A stretch of 64,000 nt of DNA from Basidiobolus meristosporus CBS 931.73 (taxonomy: Eukaryota; Fungi; Basidiobolomycota), in the NCBI GenBank assembly GCA_002104905.1, contig MCFE01000150.1:62001-126000 (forward strand). Direction: 5' to 3'. Each line of letters opens with the position of its first letter. Within the stretch, counting starts at the first letter, position 1. Under the pieces are notes generated by a model that was not told the origin of the DNA, made no database searches, and was given only the letters and a program-made list of their open reading frames with translations. Shown in pieces: positions 1 to 13,600 of the stretch. The translations under genes and the position numbers were made by a program.

Positions 1-736
1 CAATAACCTCTGTGTTCAAACTGCTTGTGTCTCTGTCAATATGTCACTATGGTAAAAGCTCCTGCTTCTCTAGCTTCCTAGGTGCTCCAAGTGTCTCCAA
101 AGGCCTCTGTGTGTCTTGTGTACTACCCTGAAAAGCTCCTTGATGGCAGGTCTGAGATGTACTGTTGAAGGCAGGAGCTGTGATCAAATGCTAATCAATA
201 AGGTAGAAGTGTTACTAATAGAAGGGATGATTTATTGATGAGGGATTGCTTTCCCCTAAATACTTTTCCTGATTGCCAAGTGATTACCAATGACAAGGTT
301 CTAGAATATTCCAGGCATTGGTGGAATTCTTGATGACATCACTATGAGCTAAAAATATGCCAAGAATGTCCTGGGAGGTTCTAAAAGGCACAGCACATCC
401 AATCAATCAGGAATCAGTAGTCTGAAACCTGTGCAACATAGTGATACCATATATAATATTGAAATGGTAGAGATGGTAACACAGACCTAAGTCATGTGTC
501 ACGGGTACTGACATGGGTACTTGCCTTATGTAGTTACATATACTGATCACAAAGCTGAATAACATCTGGGATAACTAATGCCAATAACTAATCAGGGTAA
601 ACATCAAATGGGGATAATACTGATAATATGGGTAAAAGAAGAATGGGATAATACTGATAAGATAGAATATGGATAAGTATATCATAACAACTATATGAAT
701 AAACTTGTCTGCGGGAGGTATGTTTACCTTACCACA
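1..736 (-). mobile_element. Family D LTR (partial, runs off the window edge), inserted into Gypsy J gag-pol
   Basis: Minus strand begins TGTGGTAAGG at 736; colinear with LTR copies at 9776-10381 and 20796-21973. Confidence 0.85.
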
Positions 737-1957
737 ATATACCCTTATTTGGCATTGGTAGGACCATCTGGTTGACCTGAAGGGTTAATATCTCCTTCAA
801 TCCCTCTCACTAATCTTTGACTAGGGTTAGGGCAAGTCTCATTAAATTGGCTTTTGGGAGGGTTGGCTTCATCTCCTCTAGTACCTTCCTTATAGGGAGT
901 AGACCATGGGAGGACTTACTGGCACTTGTAGTTTGCTTCAATACTTCTTCCCAAGGCCCATCCTGTACTCCTCACTCACTTCTGTGCTCTTTCCCTTTGA
1001 CAAAGCCTCTACTATGGGTTCCTTCACCTCCCATCTAGAGGCATCATTTTGATGCTTCTTCTTCTGCACTTTGACTGCTCTGACAGAGGGTGGAAATTGA
1101 CTCAGTGCCATTGGCCACCTGGTAAGGGACTCTGTCCTTGACACCTTCTTCTCCTTTGTCTCTGGTATGGGCTCTTATCTGTACTGCTTTTCACATTTGT
1201 GGGCTCTGTGGCCTATTTCTCCAAATTCATAACACAGATATTGTTGTTGTGGTTGCTCCATCTGTTGAGTCAGGGCTTGTACCTGGACCTTTAGATCTAC
1301 AACAGGTCCCAGAGCTTATTTCCTTCTTTGGGGGCTTCTTGGACATTACTGATCTAGAGTTCTTGGTTCTTTTAGTGCAATTCCTCCAACTCATGGTCTT
1401 TTGTGGAGGCTTTTTTTCATTCCTTGGTGGGGATCCCCACTCTTTGATCATGTGTATCATTAATGGGTAGCCCCCATAGCAAAATGACCTCTCTTACTTG
1501 TTTGACTAACTCTTGAAGCATTTTACATCCCTGTTGCTCTTTGGATGCCCTATGTCTTATTTTGTAGTCTAAGCCCATGATGTAATACCTCATGAGCTGT
1601 TGTTTGGCAATTTTGTCATTTGGGAGACATCAAACCTGTGGCAGAAATAGCTTAATGTGGGCTTTGTAGTTCTCACTACTCTTTTTGTGAGGACAGTAGA
1701 AGGGCTTCATATTAGTATCCTTTGGCATATAGAAAGTGTGTCTTGTAGGCTTCTTCCTGAGCATCCCAGTCACCTTTAATTACATCATCCAACCCATAGT
1801 GCTATTGCCATCCTGACTCTTTCATATATCCTGCAAACTCCCTTACTTTCTTATCATCATTGCATCCTGCATCACTGCAACTCTCTCAGACTTGTTAAGC
1901 CACTCAAGGGCTTTCTCTCTTCCCTTTGTATGATCTCAGTTTGATTCTAGTAGTCAT
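737..1957 (-). pseudogene. Degenerate Ty3/Gypsy gag (element J)
   Basis: Frameshifted translation gives the gag core ALEWLNKSERVAVMQ..NDDKKVREFAGYMKESGW, a decayed zinc knuckle CYEFGEIGHRAHKC (~1190-1235) and a pre-protease-like linker cut by the D LTR at 736. Confidence 0.7.
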
Positions 1958-1998
1958 TACCTCACATGGGCTTATTTCTGCAGAGATTGTACCAAATA

Positions 1999-2241
1999 TG
2001 TGGGTCATTACTGACTGTTCTTAGTAGTTGGGAGAGCTTGGAGGTCAAATCAGTATTACTTAACTCAGAACTGCTCCAACAGAAGGTAGCAAGGAAATCA
2101 AGACTTATGCTTATAGCGTCAAAAGATTGTCCCCTTCCACTTGTTGCAGTTGGATATATATACATCTTACTGCAAGGGGCTTAGGTGATAGACAATGTCT
2201 TATAAAATAGTGGTATGGACATCTTCCTGCTATGGTAGCAT
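1999..2241 (-). mobile_element. Probable 5' LTR remnant of element J
   Basis: Minus strand ends ...CCACA followed by TATTTGG, the same junction as the Gypsy A LTR/PBS; TATATATA at ~2155; gag ATG about 40 nt downstream. Confidence 0.45.
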
Positions 2242-2372
2242 TGTAGTGGGGTCACAGTGAAACCAACTGACAGATGTGTTCATTCCCATATTTTCCACTT
2301 CCCTATTTCTCTACTATACTTATTTTAGTTTTATCACAATTGTCTTACTTGATCAGTACTATCCCATAAGCC
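2242..2372 (+). mobile_element. 5' fragment of a family A LTR
   Basis: TGTAGTGGGGTCACAGTG...TATCCCATAAGC aligns to the first ~130 nt of LTR 39245-40315. Confidence 0.8.
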
Positions 2373-3903
2373 GCCTGGAATACTAGGCTCAGAAGCTCCA
2401 TAAGACTTCCATAACTCAGAGTATTTAGCAACAGGTTCCATATCAGGAGTATTTTGGATACTTTCCCAGTCAGTATTGGTAGACCCTCTGGAGGGCAGAG
2501 GCACTTTTATTCTGGCAAATACAACACACACCGTGTATAGTTTTAAGCACTGTTTGACACAGAGGGTAATATCAAATGGCTTAGCAGGCCATTTGGTGGA
2601 AGTAGGCATGACAAAGCACTCAGGATAGAGAATCACTTGAAACTCACTAGGGGGGAGAAATGTGTGGCAAACTTAGCTTATATAGGAGAGGATTGCCCTA
2701 GATTACAATGCATTACAGCTCATAGTAAGCCAAGCAATAGAGTACTTAGCAATACTAACATCTTCCCTGTAAAGGAAAGGTTTGATAGGAAGAACTACAG
2801 ACTTTGGAGAATCAAGATACAGATCCACCTTGAGGAAAGAAAGCTTTGGAACATAGTAACAGGAAAGGAAGTTGAGCCCAAAGGAACAGTAGAAGATGTG
2901 GAGAAGTTTCAAGAGGAGGAGAGAAAGGCCTTCAATGCAATATGAATCAATGTGCAAGACTCCTTCATTGGACAAATCCATGCCTCAAATACTGCCACAG
3001 CAGCACGGGAATCCTTAGAGAAGTTCTTTGGAGCAAAATCAGTATCAAGCAAGCTTTATCTAAAACAAAAATTCCTTAACATGAGGAAGAAGCCAGATGA
3101 TGACATGCTATAACTCATCACCAGAATGAAGACACTTGCAGAAGAACTTTACAAAATTAATGCTGGTGAAGATGATGAAGAAATGATACACCGTCTGCTT
3201 TGCAGCTTACCAGAGAAGTATAAGCCACTCATACTTTCATTTGAAAGCAGAGGAGACAATTTGACTTTATACTATATCACAGGAAGACTTCTCCATGAGG
3301 AACTCAGATATAATGATCAAGCAGAGAAAATTGAGACAATGCTTTATTCAGCTCAGAGAGGCACACAGAAAAGAAGGGAAAGCAACAAAACCAAAGAAAA
3401 CCTGGTTCCTGTAACTTCTGAAAGAAGCCAGGACACTGGGCAAGAGAGTGCAAGAAGAAACCAGCAGACAAAAAACAAAAACTGGAGCAGGCAAACCATA
3501 TAACTACTGATGAAGAGCTATTTGTAACAGTACAAGTGAGTGCAAGTAACCAAAGTGATGAATGGTACATTGACTCTGGAGCATCACATCACACTTGTGG
3601 TATAAAGGAGTGGTTCAGCAACTTGAAGACTACTCCTGTAAGAAAGGTTTATATGGGAGACAACTCTGCACTGGAAGCTACCACTGGTGGGTCTATACTG
3701 CTAAATATGAGTGATATCTCAGGGCTACATCAGCAAAACTGACCAATGTACTCTATGCCCCTGGATTAGGCAAGAACCTACTCTCAGTCAGAAAAGCAAC
3801 TGCTCAGGGACTGAAATTTGTTTTTACTCAGATGAACTGCTCAACATTGAGTGAAAATGGACAAATATTAGCTTTGGGAATCAGAGATGACAATACATAC
3901 AAG

Positions 3904-6900
3904 TGTTACAAGTCTTAATATAAGAGTTTTAGAGGAATAGGGAGTTTAGCTAGTATTGTATTCACCAAAACCTGAACTGATCTTTATTGAAATTCCGGCA
4001 GCTCCTTATATACATTTTGCCAGATCACTTGCTGACTAATGTATTTCCTAATGTAGGCTGTGGCTGATGACTCATTTGATTGCTTCATCATCACTCAACA
4101 AGATCCTACCTAATATACCTATTTCTGCCTAATAAGGATCTGCTGATTCATTTGCTGACTAATGCCTGATATGATATATAATACTGATATACTGATAACC
4201 TAGCATATAACTAATTGACTTGACTAAAAACTGATCTAACTTAAATATTCAAGCAGCAGATCATAACATTCTCCCCTACTAAAGTATAGAGGGTTTTCCT
4301 GGATCTCTTTTCTTGTAATACCAATATCTTGATGCTTCAGTATTATTAGCAAGTGTTGCAAGCTTGAGTCTGTCCCTATGCACTAAGTCTTCCCAGATAT
4401 TGCCTTGTTTGTCCACTAGTTGGTAAGTTGCAAATGGACATTCTCTGATGATCTTGAATGGTCCCATCCCTTTTAGCTCAAACTTCTTCCAAGTGTTGTT
4501 TCTTAGCAATACAAAGTTCCCAACTGTCAATGCTTCTGGTGCCAAAGTCTTCCCAAATCTCTGCTTCATCTTTTCTGCACTATGAGATACTTTGGTCTGT
4601 GCCTCTTGACATCTTTGTTCCAGTTGATGGTGTCTACTTGACTGACTGAGTTCATTGTCAAAGGTGTGTGTAGGCTTTGGTTGTGTGAGATCTCCTGGAA
4701 TCCTTGATTCACATCCACACACTGGGTTAAATGACAATTGCTGGGTGGTGTTGTGTACTCTGACTCTGCATACAAAGAATGCTTGGTCTATATACTCATC
4801 CCATCCACCAACAACTCCATTTGCATACTTGGTCAGCATTTTTCCAAATAATCCATTATACTGTTCAGTGACTTCATTAGTTCTGGGGTGATATGGCAAG
4901 GTTTTCAAGTGTTTGATCTGCTGCATTTCCAGGTAAGCTTCCAATATCTTTGCCATAAAGTTTGCACCTCTATCAGATAGAATTGCTACAGGGCATCCAA
5001 ACTTCATAAGGATTTCATGGTAGATGAAAACTGCATCTTCTTGTTCACTGGCCATAGGTACAGCTTTAGCCACTGGCTATTTAGTGGCATGGTCAATTGC
5101 TATGGTCAATTGCTACTGGCTTCCAATAGTTACATTTCCTTGTAGTTGGCAGTCTTCCAGTAAAGTCAATTCCTCATCTTTCAAATGGTCTTACAGGCTC
5201 CAAGGGAAAGAGTTTAGTAGTTCTCTGTGGTTGGCCTTGGTTTATTTAGCAACTTGGGCATGTTCTCACTAGCTTCTCAATATCATGTTTCATTCTGAGC
5301 CACCATGCTCTGGCTTTCACAAGGGTATTGGTTCCTTCAATTCCAAGATGTCTATATCCATTGTGTGGCTTATGTATTAAATCCAGGCAAGCAACATAAA
5401 GGCAATAGGCAATAGGGCTTCCATCAGTAATTTACTAGGATGTTTCATCCTGTACCACAAATTTGCTGGCTCTATCCTGGATTATATTCTTGGTCATTTC
5501 ATCCACCTCATTAGAAATGGCTTGGTCCTCCATGTTCATTAGTAATAGGCTAGGCCCATTTGGTTCATGCACCAAGTTGAGTTGTGCAACTTATACTAAT
5601 CTTGATAAGGCATCAGCAACCATGTTGTTTTTCCCAGGGCAGTAGACAATTTCCAAAGCAAATTGTTGGATGTATTCACTCCATCTTGTCATTCTTCTAG
5701 AGAGTACCTTCTGAGTAAATACATACTTGAGGGAGGCATGATCAGTCTTGACAGTGCATTTGACACCTTCAATATAGCATCTACATGTCTTTAAGTTGTG
5801 TATTATAGCAAGCATCTGCTTCTCACACAATGGATAGTTTTGTTTTGCTGTGTTCAGTTTCTTGGACTTGAAGGCAACTAAGTAGTCCTCTTCCTTGTGT
5901 TCTTGGCTCAACACTCCATCAATTGCATAATCTGAAGCATCTGTGCACAGACAAAACTTTTTTCTGAAGTCAGGTATTCTTAAGCTTGGTGGCTTAGTAA
6001 GTTCATTCTTAGGTGTCTGAAAGGCAGTCTCTCAAGCAATGTCCCACTTGTAGGTATTGTTGTTCCTGAGGATATCAGCTAAAGGGTCTGCAATATTTGC
6101 AAAGGACCAGACAAATCCCCAATAATAGGAAACCATTCCAAGGAATGACCTGAGCTCTTATGTGCTATGGGGCTGCTTCAGACTCTTGATAACTTCAATC
6201 TTTTTTGGGTCTAAGGTTACTGCTGTGCTAGTTGCTATGTGTCCCAGATATTCCATGTGTTCCTTGAAGAATTCACACTTGGGTAGCTTGCCATATAGCT
6301 TGTTTGCTCTTAGCTTCTTCAAGACCTTTTCAACATGCACCAATTTATCCTCTTCTGTCTTGCTGTATATCAACATGTCATCTAGTTAGATTATCACAGA
6401 CTTGTCTAAGCACTCCTGGAAGACAGTCTGCATCAGGATCATGAATGTTGCAGGGGCATTGTTGAGGCCAAAACTCATGACTGGGTACTTGTAATGTCCA
6501 TATCTGGTCCTGAATGCTGTCTTAGGGATGTCATCTGGCTTCATCCTAATCTGGTTGTATCCAAACATGAGGTCAATCTTGCTGAATATGGTAGCTCCAT
6601 TGAGTTAGTCCAAAAGCTCACCAATCCAAGGTATGGGGTATTTATTCTTCATGGTAACTGAGTAGAGGGCTATGTAGTCAATGCAAATCCTAAGTTTTCC
6701 ATCCTTCTTCTTCACAAGAAATACTGGTGCTCCTCAAGGTGACTTGCTGGTTCTGATATATCCTTGCTTCAATAACTGATCCATTTGTCTCTTCATTTCT
6801 TCCAACTCCATTGGTCTCATTCCTTAAGGTTTCTTACTCACTGGAAGGCTATCTCCTGTGTCAATGGCATGATCCATATTTCTGACTGGTGGTAGGCTTA

Positions 6901-8814
6901 CAAGCTCATCTGGAAGCACTTCTGAATATTCCTTGAGAAGAGTCTGGGCTTTCTGGGGTACTGGAGTAGAGGAATCTCCCTCTAATACCTCCATGAGGAA
7001 CATCTGAGTGCCTTTTCTAAGTGCTCTACAGTACTGTGTCTTGTTAAGCTCACTTGTTTCACACACACTGGAATTGACCAAGTTGAGATCCAGTCTGGCA
7101 GGTAATAGCTCATAGGTCTTGTTGTCCTTCTGAATCTGAGTAGCATGGGTTCTCCAGTTGATTGATGGATTACAACAAAATAGCCAGGTTTTCCCAAGTA
7201 CAAGGTCAAACTTGCAGTTCCCAAATATATAGGCCTGTAGCTCTTCTTTATAGTCATTGATCTTCATTCTTACTGGCTGAGTAATACGGTTGATTATGTG
7301 AGAGTCCCCATCCGTTGTTGAGACTGAAGTTGTTTGGTGGGTTCCAAGTTGATTCCAGCTTTCAGAGCAAATTGCTCTGACATGTACTCATACAATGCTC
7401 CTGAGTCAATCATGATCTTGGCAGGTACTCCATTGATTACTGCATTCAAGTATAATAGCTTTCCTGAGTATGAGGTCATCTGGGATAGGTATCCTTCTGT
7501 CATATGAAAGGTAAGTCCTGAGCCTTCTTCAAGCTCACCCTCCATGTTACTATGCTCAAGGACTCTAGTATGGTTAAAGATTCTTGAGGGCTGGTGTCCA
7601 TTTCTTCTCTGCGGGCAGTGCTTTACAATATGTCCCTGCTGGTGGCCATTGAAGCAAGTTCTTTCTTGTTACATTCTTCTCAGGTAGAATTCTTCTGCAT
7701 AGTATCTATTTCAATTGGCACTGCATCTGATTGTCTTCTTTCATAGTGATTGTAGCCTCTTTGATTAGTCATTGTGGGCTTCCCAGCTTCAAAAATAGCT
7801 GAGTCATAGTCAATGAAAATTTTGATGGCTTCTTCAATAGTCTGGGGTCTTCAATAATTCACTTCCTGGTAAGTTTATTCTTTCAACCCATCTGTAAAGT
7901 ATTCCGCTTGATCCAGGAGGTCCATTCTTTCAGTTTGTCCAAGTTGACATGTATATTCATAGATGTACTCTAGAACCATTCCTTTCTGTCTGTATGTCTT
8001 CATCTTTCTTCTTAGTAGTGTCTGCTAGTGTGGAGGTTCAAAAGTAACCTGAATTTTCAACACAACTCATCCCAGGTAGAGATTGTAGAGCATCCCATCA
8101 CGGTGGCAGACCTATTCTTGTTGTGGTACCACTGAAGGCTGAATCTGCCAGGCAAGAGGCTGCATAATGTAACCTGCTTTCTGGAGCAATTCCTGTAGCC
8201 TTGAAAGCTTCTTCAATTTGGAAGAGCCAAGGTCCCAGGTTTTCACTTACTCCACCATGATAAAGGTTGGCCTTAACACTAAAGTTGCTCTTGACAGCAT
8301 TTTACTGGCTTTGGGCCAATGTAGTCATTCTTTGTTGCTGCTGAGCCAGCATTTGCTGCATAGCATTCTTCTATTCATGATTTTTGGACATCTTGAGGGA
8401 GGATACTTCTTTCTTTAGGGGGCAGGCTTCTGCTTATCACTGCTACCAATGTTACAAGTCTTTGTATAAGAGTTGTAGGGGAAAAGGGAGTTTAGCTAGT
8501 ATTGTATTCACTAAGACTTGAACTGATTTTATTGTGGTTCCAGCAGCTCCTGATATACATTTTGCCAGATCAATTGTTGACTAATTGTATTTCATAGTGT
8601 AGGCTGTGGCTGATGACTCATTTGATTGCATCATCATCACCCAATAAGATCCTACTTAATATATCTATTTCTGTCTGATAAGGATCTGCTGATTCATTTG
8701 CTGACTAATGCCTGATTTGATATATAATACTGATATACTGATAACATATTATAAAACTTATTGATTTGACTAAAAACTGATCTCACTTAAATATTCAAGC
8801 TGCAGATCATAACA
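3904..8814 (-). mobile_element. Ty3/Gypsy C1, full length but decayed; LTRs 3904-4268 and 8450-8814
   Basis: TG...CA LTRs of ~365 bp; PBS TGGTAGCAG next to the 8450 LTR; PPT AGTAGGGGAGAA at 4269-4280; gag, PR (MIDSG), RT, RNase H and integrase (SDRGANF) remnants. Confidence 0.92.
4279..5073 (-). pseudogene. Integrase core and C-terminus of Gypsy C1 (open 264-aa fragment)
   Basis: ILSDRGANF, PYHPRTN and GPFKII motifs. Confidence 0.85.
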
Positions 8815-9034
8815 CTCTCCCCTACTAAAGTATAGAGGGTTTTCCTGGATCTCTTTTCTTGTAATACCAATATCTTGATGCTTCAGTATTATTAGCAAGT
8901 GTTGCAAGCTTGAGTCTGTCCCTATGCACTAAGTCTTCCCAGATATTGCCTTGTTTGTCCACTAGTTGGTAAGTTGCAAATGGACATTCTCTGATGATCT
9001 TGAATGGTCCCATCCCTTTTAGCTCAAACTTCTT

Positions 9035-9510
9035 TTTAGGTCAATGTTGTGCAGGATGTGTACAAGCACAAAAGGTCTGAAGATATGCATCAGGTACCCA
9101 ATACCCATGGCACTCTAAAACTAACTCCTCTGGCTTGTAGCATGTCACAAAAATGCATGGCACTATCTTGGTCCACTGGTACTATCTGGCACTATATTTA
9201 AATATTAGCCCTAAAGTAGAACCTATATAAAGCACTTATAGTGCCAGATAGGGCTAGATTTAGAGTGCCATGGGTATTGTGTACCAGATGCATATCTTCA
9301 GTCTCTCTGTGCTCTTTTATGTCATGCACAATTTTGATACCAAAAAAAAGGTTAAAAAATTGATTTTCTCCTGCACTGTAGGTGAAACACAGGGGCTGCT
9401 TTGCATGAATATGAAGAACTCTATGCCACACTCTGTGGCCAAGTTTAGGTCTGCTATGACTCTCAGGCACACTATGGCACTATTTGGCACTCATGGCTCA
9501 ATGTGGCACT
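9035..9510. repeat. Foldback / MITE-like insert with inverted arms and 8 TGGCACT motifs
   Basis: 43-bp inverted repeat 9077-9119 / 9259-9301 (2 mismatches); inner inverted repeat TCTGGCACTATA / TATAGTGCCAGA; unrelated to the flanking pol. Confidence 0.7.
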
Positions 9511-9775
9511 ATCCAACGGTACAAGTCTATTAAATCCAGGCAAGCAACACAAGGGCAATAGGCAATAGGGCTTCCATCAACAATTTGGTAGAGTATCTCA
9601 TCCTGTACTACAAATTTGCTGGCTTCATCCTGGATTGTCTTCTTGATCATTTCATCCACCTCATTAAGATTGGCTTGGTCCTCCATGTACTTTGGTAATA
9701 GGCTAGGCTAATCTGATTCATGCACCAATTGGGTTGTGCAACTAGGTCCAATCTTGATAAGGTATCAGCAACCGT

Positions 9776-10381
9776 TGTGATAGAGTACTCATACCTCTCA
9801 CAGACCAGTTTATTCATATAGCCTTTATGATATACTTATCCATATTTTATCTTATCAGTATTATCCCATTCTTCTTTTGCCCATATTATCAGTATTTTGC
9901 CCATATCATGTTTACTATGATTAGTTGGATGTGGTGTGCCTTTTAGAACCTTCCAGGTCATTCTTGGCATATTCTTAGCTCATAGTGATGTCATCAAGAA
10001 TTCTACTGATGCCTAAGTTCTTCAAGAACCTTGTCATTAGTAATGAATTGGCAATCAGGAAAAGTAATTAAGGGATAGCAATCCATCATCAATAAATCAT
10101 CCCTTCTATCAGTAACACTTCTACTTTACTGATTACCAGTTGATCACTGTACCTGCCTTCAACAGCACATCTCAGACCTGCTATCAGGGTAGTGCACAAG
10201 AAACACAGAGGCCTTTTGAGACACTTGGAGCACCCAGGAAGCTAGAAAAGCAGGAGCTTTTACCATAGTACATATTGACAATGACACCAGCAGTTTAGAC
10301 ACAGAGGTTATTGCACCCATCAGACACCTCACACACCTTGAGTTGTGTAGCTTCTCCCAGGAGTACCACTACACCACCACA
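9776..10381 (+). mobile_element. Solo LTR family D (internally deleted)
   Basis: TGTGA...CCACA; 4-bp TSD CCGT/CCAT, restores the host RNase H sequence of C2. Confidence 0.88.
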
Positions 10382-10671
10382 CCATGTTGTTTTTTCCAGG
10401 GCAGTAGACAATCTCCAAGTCAAATTGCTCAATGTGTTCACTCCATCTTGTCATTCTTCTAGAGAGTACCTTATGATTGAATATATACTTGAGGGAGGCA
10501 TTAACAGTCTTCACAGTGCATTTGACTCCTTCAATATAGCATCTCCATGTCATCAAACAGTATATTATGGTAAGCATCTCCATCTCATGGACTGGATATT
10601 TTTATTCTGCTGAGTTCAGTTTCTTGGATTCAAAGGCAACAAGTTAGTTTTTTCCCTTGTGTTCTTGGCAC

Positions 10672-13600
10672 TCTTATGATCTGCCACTTGAATATTTAAG
10701 TTAGATCAGTTTGTAGTCAAATCAACTAGTTATTTGTTTAGGTTATCAGTATATGAGTATTTTCTATGAAATCAGTAACATTAGTCAGCAAATGAGTCAG
10801 TAGATCCTTATCAGACAGAAATAGATATATTAGGTAGGATCTTTTTTGGGTAATGATGATGGAATCAAATGAGTCATCAGCCACAGCCTACACTAGGAAA
10901 TACAATTAGTCAACAATTGATCTGGCAAAATGTATATCAGGAGCTGCTGGAATCTCAATAAAGATTAGTTCAAGTTTTAGTGAATACAATAATAGCTAAA
11001 CTCCCTATTACTCTACAACTCTTATACCAAGACTTGTAACATTGGTAGTAGCAATAACCAGAAACATCCCTCCTTGAGAAAGAAGAAGTCTCCCTCAATA
11101 TCAAAAAATCAAGAATGGACGAATGCTATGCAAAAAATCCTGGCCCAGCAGCAACAAATACTCCAGATCCTTAGCCAGCAGCAACAAGGAATGACTACCA
11201 TGACCCAAAGCCAGCAAAACCTTGTGAAGAGCAACTTTAGTGTGAAGGTCAACCGGTACCATGGCAGAGTCAATGAAGACCTGGGAACTTGGCTCTTCCA
11301 GATTGAAGAAGCTTTCAAGGGTAAGGGAATTGCTCCAGAACACAAGTTACATTATGCAGCCTCTTATCTGGCAGATGCAGCTTTGCAGTGGTGTAACAAC
11401 AAGAACTGGTCAGCCATAATGATGGGATGCTCTACAATCTCTACCTGGGATGAGTTTGTACTGGAAATTCAGGATGCCTTTGAGCCACCACACCAACAGA
11501 CACTACTGAGAAGAAAGCTGAAGACACTCAGACAAAAAGGAATGGTCCAAGAGTACATCTATGAATATAGATGTCTAATTGGGCAAATTGAAAGAATGGG
11601 CCCTTTGGATCAAGTTGAATACTTTATTGATGGGTTGAATGAAAGAACTTGTAAGGAAGGGAATCATCAAAGTCCTCAGACTACTAAATAAGCCATCAAG
11701 ATTGCCATTGACTATGACTAGCTATGTTTGGAGTTGGGAAGCCCACATTGACTAATCAGAGTGCCTACAATCACTATGAAAGAAGACAATCAGAAGCAGT
11801 GCCAATGGAAACAGATGCTATGCAGAAGAATCCTACCTCAGAAGAATGTAAGAAGCAAGGACTTGGCTTCAATTACCACCAGCAGGGACATATTGCAAAG
11901 TACTGCCCTCAGAGAAGAAATGGACACCAGCCATCAAGAACCTTTAACCATATTGAAGCCATGGCGCATAGTAATATGGAGGATGGACTTGAAGAAGACT
12001 CAGAACTCACCTTCCACATGACAGAAGAATTCCTATCCCAGATGACCTCAAACTCAGGAAAGCTATTATACTTGAATGGAGTAATCAATGAGTATCTGCC
12101 AAGATAATGATTGACTCAGGAACATTACTTGAGTACATGTCAGAGCAATTTGCTCTGAAAGCTGGAATCAACTAAGAACCCACAAAGTCAACTTCAGTCT
12201 CAATAGCAGATGGGAACTCTCACATAATCAACTGTATTACTCAGCCAGTAAGGATGAACATCAATGACTATGAAAAAGATATATAGGCCTATATATTTGG
12301 GAACTGCAAGTTTGACCTTGTACTTGGGAAAACCTGGCAATTTTGTTGTAATCCATCAATCAACTGGAGAACCCTTGCTACTCAGATTCATAAGGATAAC
12401 AAGGTCTATGAGCTACTGCCAGCCAGGCTGGATTTCAGCTTGGTCAATTCCAGAGAGTGTGAGACAAGTGAGCTTAGCAAGACAAAGTTCTGTAGAGCAC
12501 TAAGAAAAGGCATCCAGATGTTCCTCATGGCAGTATTACATGAGGATTCCTTGACTCCAGTACCCCAGAAGGTACAGACTCTTTTGAAGGAGTATTCAGA
12601 CATATTTCCAGAAGAACTTGTAGGCCTGTCACCAGTCAGAGACATGGATTATGCCACCAAAATAGGAGATAGCCCTTGAGTGAGTAGAACACCTTACAGA
12701 ACAAGTCCATTAGGGTTGGAAGAGATGAAGGGACTAATAGATCAGTTACTGGAGCAAGGATGTTGAAAAGGTCTTGGAGAAGCTAAGAGAGAACAAGCTA
12801 TATAGCAAGCTACCCAAATGTGAATTCTTCAAGGAACGCAATGAATATCTGGGACAAATAGCAACTAGCACAGCAGTACCTTAGACCCTAAGAAGGTTGG
12901 AGCAATCAAGAATCTGAAGCAGCTCCTTGGCATATCAGAGCTCAGATCATTCCTTAGAATGGTTTGCTATTATTGGAGATTTGTCAAGTCCTTTGCAAGT
13001 ATTGCAGCCCCTCTAACTGATATCCTCAAGAAAGACAATACCTACAAGTGGGACATAGCTTGTGAAACTGCCTTCCAGATGCTCAAGAATGAACTTGCTA
13101 AGCTGCCAAGCTTAAGAATACCAGACTTCAGAAAAGAGTTTACTATGTGCACATATGCTTCAGATTATGAAATTGGTGGAGTTTTGGGCCAAGAACACAA
13201 GGGAAAGGACTACCCTGTTGCCATTAAATTCAAGAAACTGAACTCAGCAGAACAAAAATATACAGTCCATGACAAGGAGATGCTGGCTATAATATGCTGT
13301 TTGAAGACATGGAGATGCTATATTGAAGGTGTCAAATGCACTGTGAAGACTGATCATGCCTCCCTCAAGTATATTTTCACTCAGAAGGTACTCTTTAGAA
13401 AAATGACAAGTTGGAGTGGACACATTCAGCAGTTTGACTTGGAGATTGTCTACTGCCCTGGGAAAAGCAACACAGTTGCTGATGCCTTGTCAAGATTAGA
13501 TCAAGTTGCACAATGCAAATTGGTGCATGAATCAGATTGGCCTAGCTTTTTACCAAAGTACTTGGAGGACCAAGCAATTTCCAATGAGGTGGATGACAAT

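Noticed and set aside
1-1957. Gag-only non-autonomous element (gag, then PPT-like AAATAAGGG, then LTR)
   Set aside because: The reading frame continues with a pre-protease-like linker up to the LTR edge, and the upstream LTR remnant (1999-2241) is not family D, so the D LTR is better read as an insertion into a normal gag-pol
2373-2710. PPT-like GGGGGAGAAA followed by TGTGTGG as the start of another LTR
   Set aside because: No second copy, TSD or PBS could be established
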